64,000 nt of DNA from a bacterium (GTDB lineage: Bacteria > Patescibacteriota > Minisyncoccia > UBA6257 > 2-01-FULL-56-20). Under the pieces are notes generated by a model. That model did not search any database. It had not been told where the DNA came from and was given only the letters and a program-made list of their open reading frames with translations. The stretch spans positions 20,220 to 84,219 of the forward strand of contig JAJXZE010000002.1 in NCBI GenBank assembly GCA_021780195.1, read 5' to 3'. This document shows, piece after piece, positions 49,354 to 57,055 of this stretch. Made by a program: the position numbers and the translations under genes. Numbering within the stretch: the stretch's first letter is position 1; every line of letters starts with the position of its first letter.

Positions 49354-50184
49354 TTACGCGGATCGTGGGGTTGGCTCCTTTATCTGCTCCGCGAGTCCCC
49401 AGAGATACTCGAAGAGATATTTATGCATGGCGTAAATGTGCGGGTCAGCAAGAATGACGCCGATCATTCTTTCCGGCCGCAGAGTGACGTAAGCGATTTT
49501 TCCGTCATAAATATTCATGATGCTTTCGAATGGAGGGGCGTCCACTCGTATGAGGCGGCTCTCGGTCACGGCGAGGTGGTAATCCTTCAGGTACTCCCGC
49601 GTCGCCGGGGTATCAAGAAGGATGCCGCGCCGTTTGACTCCCAGTTTTTCCCTCTTGGCCACATAAGCGTTATTGAGGGGGCCGATATTTTTCATCACCG
49701 CCTCGATATCCGCATATGAACAGATCTCAGTCCGCGATATAAGCGTATCGTCCAGGACCTTTTTAATGCCCTCAAGGCCTTCGTAGAATAGAACACCGGG
49801 TTTTCCGGATGAAAGGTTGAAATCGGAAACCAGCGAGTTCAGAACTCCCTCGAGTGCGACGTGGGCATCGGCGGCCGCACGCGATTTCTGGTCAGCCAGA
49901 TCTCTTAGTTTCAATGGGTGGGCCGGTTCAAATTGAGCCACCGATCCCGCCTTGTCCCGTCGGACGGCCAGGCCCCCTGCTTCAAGTTCCCCGAGGATCT
50001 TGTAGGTAAGGCCGCGCTTTAGTCCTGCGTAGCTACTGATTTTTCCCGCTGGAAGCAAGCCATGCTTTACTAGGATCTCGTAGAGCTTGGCCTGGTCTGG
50101 AGAAAGTCCCGCCCTAGAAAGGGTCTGTTCGTACATGGCTTCATTGCAATAATAACATAAAATTAACGCTTTGGAAAGTGTCAC
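49354..50184 (-). CDS. TrmB-family transcriptional regulator (winged HTH + C-terminal sensor domain)
   Basis: N-terminal LSPDQAKLYEILVKHGLLPAGKISSYAGLKRGLTYKILGELEAGGLAVR matches the TrmB helix-turn-helix. Confidence 0.7.
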   Translation of the reverse strand: MTLSKALILCYYCNEAMYEQTLSRAGLSPDQAKLYEILVKHGLLPAGKISSYAGLKRGLTYKILGELEAGGLAVRRDKAGSVAQFEPAHPLKLRDLADQKSRAAADAHVALEGVLNSLVSDFNLSSGKPGVLFYEGLEGIKKVLDDTLISRTEICSYADIEAVMKNIGPLNNAYVAKREKLGVKRRGILLDTPATREYLKDYHLAVTESRLIRVDAPPFESIMNIYDGKIAYVTLRPERMIGVILADPHIYAMHKYLFEYLWGLAEQIKEPTPRSA

Positions 50185-50317
50185 GGGGCGTAAAAAGGGC
50201 TTAATCTTTTTTATTTATCGTCATAAAATTATGACAATTAATGCTATAAAACTCGGCCATTTGTATCATGAAAATACTTATTTCTGCAGAAATTTAGAAA
50301 GATGCGCCACAAGAACT

Positions 50318-50350
50318 TGACAGTTTTCATTGCATATGGTAATATATCAC
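50318..50350 (+). promoter_or_regulatory. strong sigma70-like promoter with extended -10 (TTGACA, 17 nt spacer, TGgTAATAT) pointing into the ORF-free structured region
   Basis: Read directly. Divergent from the trmB-like gene. The palindrome GTCATA-AAAT-TATGAC sits at 50225-50240. Confidence 0.55.
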
Positions 50351-50356
50351 CAGCAC

Positions 50357-51084
50357 GATGACAGAGGGGGTGGTTCCGGAGGGTGCGCGGCTGGCAGGGA
50401 GGGGAATGGATTGAAGGGATCTATTCCTCTCCCCGAGAGCAAGAGGAGAGGCCTAAGGAGATCCGGGGAAGAGATCTTCATCAGCTCTTTGTAAAACGAC
50501 GGTCGCTCGCGGATATCAGTCTCGAGGAGAGAGTTATCTCGCAGGGCGATTCAGTCAAGCATTCGTCGCGGCGCGTGTCATCGCTTCAAAAGAGCGAGAG
50601 CGGTAGCGGGGCCAGGGAGTCGACGACTCTGCCTCCAATGCCGCGCTGATCAAATCGATCCACAGCGCCACCACGTTTCTTTTTGTGAGATACGTTGCCG
50701 GCGAAACGGTCCAACCCGCCGTTTCTCGGCAAAAATCTCCCCGAAAGAGGAGAGTGATATGGTTCCCTTAGTAAGGAGATCGACTGGAGAGCAAGCTCGG
50801 GTCCGGTTGGTCTCCAGAAACCTCCTTACTAACTCGATCGCAATCTGCGAAAACCGAGGAGAGAGCAGATTGTTAGAGGAGAGAGTAAGGAAGTACCTTG
50901 AAAATTGAATAGCCAAAGTAGTGCTTATAGCGATTATACGTTCGCGGATTATTACACGGGAGCGTCCGAGCTATGGCATTTTGACTTTGAAGTTCCTCCC
51001 GAGTTTGGTTGTCAACTGAGGTTCTGATTTTTGGTGCTTCAGTTGGCAATCAAACTCAAATACGAAACGAAAGGAGGGAGTCAA
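50357..51084 (+). ncRNA. ~0.7-kb ORF-poor, highly structured transcribed leader / candidate large ncRNA with five GAGGAGAG repeats and one 49-aa sORF (50759-50908)
   Basis: Nested hairpins, for example 50768-50833 (TTAGTAAGGAG...CTCCTTACTAA enclosing CTGGAGA...TCTCCAG). GAGGAGAG at 50443, 50524, 50748, 50847, 50870. No ORF over 60 aa except overlapping antisense artefacts. Confidence 0.45.
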
Positions 51085-51555
51085 ATGAACTATTTGTTGG
51101 GGTCGGGTGAGGCGGTCATTGATCGTTTCAACTCGCACGTTCACGACGGAGTGGCGCGGCTCCTACCCGCGGCGCTGCTTCGAGTTCAGTCACAGGGTAG
51201 GAAGTTCCTCATCGAGGAAGTTGACTTTGGTCAACCAGTCGGTGAGACGATCTGCGTTCCAACCGGGCCAGGGGACGAGATCGTATACGCAATTCGGCCC
51301 AAGAGATTCGGGCACTCGCGGTTCGTCAAAAATCGCAAGCCCGAGCCATGTGGTGCGGTGACGATCATTCTCAAAAGGGATGAATTTGATCCGTACTATG
51401 TCCTAATTACGGCCTTCGTAGGCCATAAACCTGAGCCCGAGCCATGGGATCGCAATTCCAATGGTTTGAGTCGGGACTTCTGGAGTTCTCACGCCCTCAT
51501 CTGGGGGTGCGAGGAAGTCATGCACAACACAGTAACCACGGAATGTCCGTGGTAA
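51085..51555 (+). CDS. hypothetical protein (156 aa), island gene 1
   Basis: Strong ribosome-binding site AAAGGAGGG 7 nt upstream. No recognisable domain. Confidence 0.6.
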   Translation: MNYLLGSGEAVIDRFNSHVHDGVARLLPAALLRVQSQGRKFLIEEVDFGQPVGETICVPTGPGDEIVYAIRPKRFGHSRFVKNRKPEPCGAVTIILKRDEFDPYYVLITAFVGHKPEPEPWDRNSNGLSRDFWSSHALIWGCEEVMHNTVTTECPW

Positions 51556-51583
51556 CAACAGCAACAGAGAAAGGAGAAACGAA

Positions 51584-51874
51584 ATGAAAATCAAGAGGTT
51601 GTTTTTGGCGCTGTGCGCCAAGAGGTTGGTTGTCGACATCATCACCGCTGACAACAGAGCGTTTCAGTTGAGCGGTGACCGACGGTTCGAGGGGATGTAT
51701 GAGCGGCTATTCCATGCCGACTCTCACCCCACTCGCAGAAACGTTGGAGAAGGTGAGATGCAGTGGGCTTTCGACCAGGCCAGAGAAATCCGGCTTTGGA
51801 TGGGCCCCACGGAGTATCGCACGATCACAACAACTGAGCTCGAATCCGAGCTCACGCCATTCCCGGTTCGATAG
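51584..51874 (+). CDS. hypothetical protein (96 aa), island gene 2
   Basis: Ribosome-binding site GAAAGGAGAAAC. Confidence 0.55.
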   Translation: MKIKRLFLALCAKRLVVDIITADNRAFQLSGDRRFEGMYERLFHADSHPTRRNVGEGEMQWAFDQAREIRLWMGPTEYRTITTTELESELTPFPVR

Positions 51875-51888
51875 AAAAGGAGGAGACG

Positions 51889-52338
51889 ATGAGTCACATC
51901 AGAAAGGAGACCGTGCGTGGATTCGATACCGTCCACCCGGTTGTTCTGCAAGAAGGTATCAAGGTGGCCTGTCAACTTCTCTCGCTTCAGGGCCTGAAGG
52001 TGACTGATCATGTCTTTGATTGGAGTGGCCATAAGGTCACCGAGTACAACGGCATGAATGTTATCTGCGGCTTGGACGCACAGGGGTCGGCCTCGTCCCA
52101 CAAGTTTGCGGGACTGGGGCTCGCAGTCGACCAGAAGGGCAAGCTCGCGATTGTCGGAGATTTTTATTACTCCGAGCAAGAGCAGCGAGCCCAGGAACTC
52201 AAGAAGATGATCGAAACAGTTCTTGGCGGAGCCTGCTACTTTGCGGCACGGGCGATGATCGCCACGGCCAAGGGGCAGCGGACTCAGATCAAGATCAACC
52301 AAGAAACCCGCCAGCTTCAGCTGGTGGTGCAGATGTGA
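51889..52338 (+). CDS. hypothetical protein (149 aa), island gene 3
   Basis: Ribosome-binding site AAAGGAGGAG. Confidence 0.55.
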   Translation: MSHIRKETVRGFDTVHPVVLQEGIKVACQLLSLQGLKVTDHVFDWSGHKVTEYNGMNVICGLDAQGSASSHKFAGLGLAVDQKGKLAIVGDFYYSEQEQRAQELKKMIETVLGGACYFAARAMIATAKGQRTQIKINQETRQLQLVVQM

Positions 52339-52357
52339 GATGAGAAAGGAGGACGTC

Positions 52358-52573
52358 ATGGCAAGAGAAGTCATAACGATCGGCGGAGACGGAGGCGTCG
52401 GCTCTGAAATGTTCGGGTTCAAAGGCAAGAGCTGCCTCAAAGCGGCGGCTGAGATTGCCGAAGAGCTCAAGCGGCTCGGAGTGGTTGCCGACATCGGCGG
52501 AATCAGCATGAAAGAGGATGCCGAGGTCGTGACCGAGACGCAGCAAGCGGCAATGAAGGTCGAAAGGGGATGA
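52358..52573 (+). CDS. small hypothetical protein (71 aa) immediately upstream of the radical SAM gene
   Basis: Ribosome-binding site GAAAGGAGGAC. Gly-rich N-terminus ITIGGDGGVGSEMFGFKGKSC. Confidence 0.45.
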   Translation: MAREVITIGGDGGVGSEMFGFKGKSCLKAAAEIAEELKRLGVVADIGGISMKEDAEVVTETQQAAMKVERG

Positions 52574-53205
52574 AAGTTATGGTTATGCCCCGCGTAAACC
52601 TTCACGACTTCGTCCCCCGGTCTCGTGCAAACGGGCCGGGGGAGCGAGCGGTGGTTTGGGTGCAGGGTTGCCCTCGGCGTTGTCCGGGGTGTTTCAATCC
52701 CGAAACCTTACCATTCGTTACCAAGAATTGGGTAACCGTTGATGATCTTGAGAGCCGAATCTTGGCTCAAAACAACATTGACGGCGTCACCTTTTCTGGT
52801 GGCGAACCGTTCGCACATGCACAGGCACTTGCCGAGTTGGCGAAAAAGCTGCGCAAGTATGGATTGACGGTGGTGTGTTACACCGGCTACACGCTCAAGC
52901 AACTTAAGGCCGGAAATCGCGAGGACTGGAATGCTCTTCTTTCAGAAGTAGACCTTCTGATTGACGGGCCATTCATCCAAGAGCAGCGGTGCCATGAACC
53001 ATATCGCGGCTCGGCAAACCAAATTCTTCACCTTCTTACCGATCGCATCCGATTGGAGGAAGTTCATGGGCAAAGCCAGACAGCAGAGTTCACACTCGGC
53101 GCTGGCGGAGACATCCAGCAAACTGGATTCCCTGAACTCCCCGACATGGATGCGGTCATGGGAGAAATCTCAGGGATCCTCAAACAGACAGGAGGATCGA
53201 AATGA
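52570..53205 (+). CDS. NrdG-like radical SAM glycyl-radical activating enzyme (4Fe-4S, CxxxCxxC)
   Basis: NGPGERAVVWVQGCPRRCPGCFNPE, GVTFSGGEPF, VVCYTGYTLKQL and LIDGPF...YRGSANQILHLL align with NrdG family hallmarks. Confidence 0.8.
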   Translation: MKVMVMPRVNLHDFVPRSRANGPGERAVVWVQGCPRRCPGCFNPETLPFVTKNWVTVDDLESRILAQNNIDGVTFSGGEPFAHAQALAELAKKLRKYGLTVVCYTGYTLKQLKAGNREDWNALLSEVDLLIDGPFIQEQRCHEPYRGSANQILHLLTDRIRLEEVHGQSQTAEFTLGAGGDIQQTGFPELPDMDAVMGEISGILKQTGGSK

Positions 53206-55010
53206 AAGATACGAAGAATTGTGCCGTAACGGCACACAGTTGGTTTGAGTCTTTTGCTCGTGCCTACGCGGCCGAGCTCGGGTACGTGTTTCTTATCTCC
53301 GGCAACATCGCAGATTTATTCCCCTTGGGGAGCGAGTTCGTGACCTTGCGCCAGTTCTGGGCAAGGCAGTTGGATGGCAGAGACATTGTGGTGTTCTGGG
53401 ATAAGTCGGCGGGGTTCGCCTTTGCTGACGAAATCCTCGGCACCAAACCGGCCGAAGGGCAACTCCCGATGAGGGAGAAGTTCAAGGCCGCAGTCGGACT
53501 GAATCAGCAGCAAGGTAATGGCGGCAGCAATGCCTCTAACTTGCTGGCTGGCTTGGCTGGATTGGGCGGCGGCAACAACGGCGCGCTTCCCACTGATCCT
53601 GAGCAAGCTTTCCAGCTTCTGGAAAAATTGCTCTCACAGGGCAAGCCAGAAGATCGGAAGGCGGCGGTAGTCGTGGAGTACATCGAAAGTGTTATCCCCG
53701 AAAACGACTACGGGTCAGTTCCGGCAGTAACGCTCCAACGGTGGGCGTCTCTGGACAGCCCGCTCAAGGGTACCGGCAACCCGGTTATCCTGATCGAGCG
53801 GAATCCAGAACGGGCCTCTAGTGTAGTGAAGCATGACGATTCGTCGGTAGTGCGGATCCACATTCCTCGTCCGAACAAAGAGGAGTTCGGAACATTCATC
53901 CGTCACAGCCTGAAGGTCAACGGCGTTAAGCTCGCCGAAGGCCTGACGGTGGACGTGGCGGCCAACCTGTCAGCCGGGCTACGTTGCAAGGACTTTGACG
54001 ACTTTGTCATGAAGTCGCTCGAGTCCGGCGACCCAATCAACGACACCTTTATTTGGCAGAAAAAGGTGGAGTTGATTGAGAAGCAGTCCGGCGGGGTCCT
54101 GCAGGTGGTAAGACCCAAGCATGGGTTCGAATCCATCGGCGGGCTGGAGCACGTCAAGAGCGCCCTACGGGTGCAGATTGACAAGCTTCGCAGTGGTTCC
54201 AGAACCACTGATAAGGGTTGGATTCTGATGGGGCCTCCGGGAACGGGGAAAACCATCATCGCCGAGGCGCTGGCGAAAGAGTCGGGTGTCAATTTCGTGA
54301 TGCTCGGCAACGTCCTCTCCAAGTATGTGGGTGACTCGGAGAGAAACATGAATCTCGCTATGGAAATTGCCCGAGCCATGGCGCCCACAATCATCTTCGT
54401 TGACGAAGCCGCTGAGGCAATCGGAAACGGAGAGGGCTACAACGGGGATAGCGGCGTCAGCAATCGTGTAAGGGGGAAACTCCAGAACGTGATGGGTGAC
54501 GACTCTGCCCGGGGCCAGCTGTTCTTTATGCTGGCAACGAACTATCCCAATCGTCTGGCACCGGCGATTCTGCGTGAGGGAAGGATGGACAAGCGGGTGC
54601 CACTCTTGGTTCCTGACAGCACCGGGAGAAATGAGATTCTCAAAGCGCTTTGCCTAAAGTATGGCATTGCGTCCGAGGGAATCGACTTTTCACCTGCCCT
54701 TGCCAGTACGGAAGGGTGGACAGGTGCTGAGCTCGAGGCGCTTTTACTCCGAGCGAAGCAATTTGCAGAGGAGGAGGAAGTGCCGGTCGAGACCCGTCAT
54801 TTCGATGAAGCGGTAAAGGATTACATCCCGAGCCGCGACCAGCAGGCGTTCGACCTGATGACCGCGTTGGCCATCAGGTACACGAACTCCAGACGGCTTC
54901 TGCCCGAGGCCTATCGGTCTGCGAATGGAGAAATTCAGAAGCGGATCGATGAGCTCGAGCCTCAGGTGGCCGAGCGCGAAGCAAGGCGCCGGGGCGGGCT
55001 GAAGCTCTAG
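53202..55010 (+). CDS. AAA+ ATPase (single classical AAA domain, ~280-aa N-terminal unknown domain), C-terminus RRRGGLKL
   Basis: Walker [15 protein letters not shown], Walker B IIFVDEA, second region of homology ATNYPNRLAPAILREGRMD. Confidence 0.85.
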   Translation: MKDTKNCAVTAHSWFESFARAYAAELGYVFLISGNIADLFPLGSEFVTLRQFWARQLDGRDIVVFWDKSAGFAFADEILGTKPAEGQLPMREKFKAAVGLNQQQGNGGSNASNLLAGLAGLGGGNNGALPTDPEQAFQLLEKLLSQGKPEDRKAAVVVEYIESVIPENDYGSVPAVTLQRWASLDSPLKGTGNPVILIERNPERASSVVKHDDSSVVRIHIPRPNKEEFGTFIRHSLKVNGVKLAEGLTVDVAANLSAGLRCKDFDDFVMKSLESGDPINDTFIWQKKVELIEKQSGGVLQVVRPKHGFESIGGLEHVKSALRVQIDKLRSGSRTTDKGWILMGPPGTGKTIIAEALAKESGVNFVMLGNVLSKYVGDSERNMNLAMEIARAMAPTIIFVDEAAEAIGNGEGYNGDSGVSNRVRGKLQNVMGDDSARGQLFFMLATNYPNRLAPAILREGRMDKRVPLLVPDSTGRNEILKALCLKYGIASEGIDFSPALASTEGWTGAELEALLLRAKQFAEEEEVPVETRHFDEAVKDYIPSRDQQAFDLMTALAIRYTNSRRLLPEAYRSANGEIQKRIDELEPQVAEREARRRGGLKL

Positions 55011-55868
55011 TCCGAAACACCAACACAGAAACGAAAAGAATGGAGGTGATTCCAATGTAGTTCTTATGGCGAGAGCCACGGAGAACCCGAATCTTTCCGC
55101 GGGATGGAGTGTGCGGGGAAGATCGGAGGCGGTCTTCGGTAGGGCTGCTTCTTAAAACATGACCCGGCGATGCATCAGGCCGAAGTCTGATGTAGGTTCC
55201 AGCGGCAGATGTTTGTCGGCTATCAGGGATATCCGGCAGACAGTTGGAACAAAGGGGTTTGTACATTTGCGGGTTCATTGGTGTGCGAGCTTCTCTCCCT
55301 GAAATGGAGAAACGAACCAAAAGCGAAGTTAACCTTCAACCGGCGGTTGGCAATCATCCGTCGAGCGTTAACCCCAAGTGGAATTAGCGGTGCTTAATAA
55401 AGGCCACAGGCCTAATGAGCCGCTAAATCCAGCAAGGTCGCAGAGTTCCCTTCGGGGGATAAATAAATTGCATAAGCCGAGAAATCGGAATGCGGATCGC
55501 GCTTGACTTAAAGCGCGAGAAGCGAGTGGCCAGTCAATCGGCCGTCCGATTTGTCCAGTTGCGAGCAACATTGCAGTTGGACTAGGCGAAGATTGAACGC
55601 GCTCATCCGCGAAACTTCAAATTCGGCCTAGGGTTCGATGAGGGGTTCTATAAAATTCTTGACTTTGGCCAAGTCTTGGCGGCACTTGCTTTGCCGTAAC
55701 CTCGGGCTAATCGCAAGTTAGCTCGAGGAAAGCAAGAAGGGTTTAGGGTTTACAGTCCGGGCGAGTTGACGCACTCAACTCGCCCCTTCTTCCGAACTCA
55801 TCATCATGGTGATGATGAGTTCGGAGAGAGGGTTCATTGACAACCAAATACGAAAGGAGGAAAGCAGA
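55011..55868 (+). ncRNA. ~0.85-kb ORF-free structured region (candidate large ncRNA or processed intercistronic RNA)
   Basis: Numerous hairpins and long-range pairings, for example 55759-55785 (10-bp stem), 55792-55824 (15-bp perfect stem), and TGGAATTAGCGGTGC...GAGCCGCTAAATCCA. No coding potential. Confidence 0.45.
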
Positions 55869-56621
55869 ATGGACAAGGTCCAAATCTACCCGCAAGGGCT
55901 CGGAGAGTACGAGCGGACACTTGGTCTGCGCTGGTCGGTATCATATTACTTGATGCCAGAAGCGCATACGTGCCAAGTGGTCTGCGACGGTCGCGAGCGA
56001 AAGTGTGAGATTTGGATCAACGGTACCACGTACCGAAATCCAGAACTCATGTTCGCTGATGTGATTCATGAGCTCTGCCATTGTAGTTTGGCAGAACGAA
56101 TCGATCCGGCTTTCTCGACGGTTTTCTTTTCCAACAAATGGAATGAAATCAGTCGAGAAGATGAGGCTCGGTTCGGTCAGCTTGCTCGCATGCTCTACTA
56201 CGCGTGGAGTCATGTAGACATTTGGGTGAACGATCTTCGTTTCGCCCACTGGCCAGAGCTCACAAACGAGGATCACAATACTTTTGCACAAGGGATGGTA
56301 GCAATCGTCCAAGCGCAGGAGTGGCGTGTTCTGCAGTCACCCGAAACAGTTCTTGGTCTGGCTCAATACCAGGCTGAGAGGAATCGGCATCATGTCAATA
56401 CGCCTGATCTGTTTGCAGCTTTAGAGGCAAACGGAGTGGGCGTGGATGACCAAATCCGAAAATTGGCTATCTACTTTGAGTCTTTGCCTCGATTGAAGTT
56501 CAATCAGAGAAAGGACTTGAAGGCACTCGAGCGGTCAGTTCAGGACGCAGCGAAGATGCTGAACTTTCCTATCACCCCCCGGCTTGTCTGGGAGGAACGA
56601 TGGGTATGGAGTCTCGACTGA
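55869..56621 (+). CDS. hypothetical protein with HExxH motif (VIHELCHCSL), putative metallopeptidase
   Basis: Ribosome-binding site GAAAGGAGGAAAGCAGA. HELCH motif. The called ORF (55806) extends upstream into the hairpins. Confidence 0.55.
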   Translation: MDKVQIYPQGLGEYERTLGLRWSVSYYLMPEAHTCQVVCDGRERKCEIWINGTTYRNPELMFADVIHELCHCSLAERIDPAFSTVFFSNKWNEISREDEARFGQLARMLYYAWSHVDIWVNDLRFAHWPELTNEDHNTFAQGMVAIVQAQEWRVLQSPETVLGLAQYQAERNRHHVNTPDLFAALEANGVGVDDQIRKLAIYFESLPRLKFNQRKDLKALERSVQDAAKMLNFPITPRLVWEERWVWSLD

Positions 56622-56658
56622 GACCCAAAGCAAAAAGCAAAAGGAAAGGAGAAATAAA

Positions 56659-57000
56659 ATGAGAAACGGCAATTTCCTGTATCAGCTGAGTTTGCAGGAG
56701 GCTTTCATTGTTCACCGCGGCGTAAGCCAAGGCGGCAAGAAGCTGAATGCAGATCAGCGGAGGATTTTCTGGCAGAGAAATAGCCAGAAGGTCAGCGGTG
56801 TCGAGATTGGTGCCGGCAAGGTGCTGGTCTCACTGGTTGGGCTCAGAGTTCTTCGCGAGAAGAATCTCGTGATCGTTTCCAACCCCGGGAAACCGAGGAT
56901 ATGGACGATCAAGCGGATCATGGAATCCGCTGAGAGGAATCAAGTTATTCCAGAACTGACGCAGGGATCGTCTCAGCGTCGAGGTGGACTGAAGCTGTAG
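56659..57000 (+). CDS. small protein (113 aa) ending in RRGGLKL
   Basis: Ribosome-binding site GGAAAGGAGAAATAAA. The C-terminal heptapeptide is identical to that of the AAA+ ATPase, with different codons. Confidence 0.55.
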   Translation: MRNGNFLYQLSLQEAFIVHRGVSQGGKKLNADQRRIFWQRNSQKVSGVEIGAGKVLVSLVGLRVLREKNLVIVSNPGKPRIWTIKRIMESAERNQVIPELTQGSSQRRGGLKL

Positions 57001-57055
57001 CAATTCCAAACCTGTTTGCCTCAGGCAAACGCAACTGAAATGAAAGGAGATCGAA

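Noticed and set aside
50357-51084. Group II intron (the region starts near a GUGCG, is ORF-free and is structured)
   Set aside because: No recognisable domain V (AGC...GAAA...bulged stem), no RT/maturase ORF, and no clear exon junctions. Kept as an unclassified structured RNA.
55150-55200. Possible second hammerhead on the minus strand near CATCAGGCCGAAGTCTGATG
   Set aside because: It is only a simple hairpin. The CUGAUGA / GAAA core arrangement is not present.
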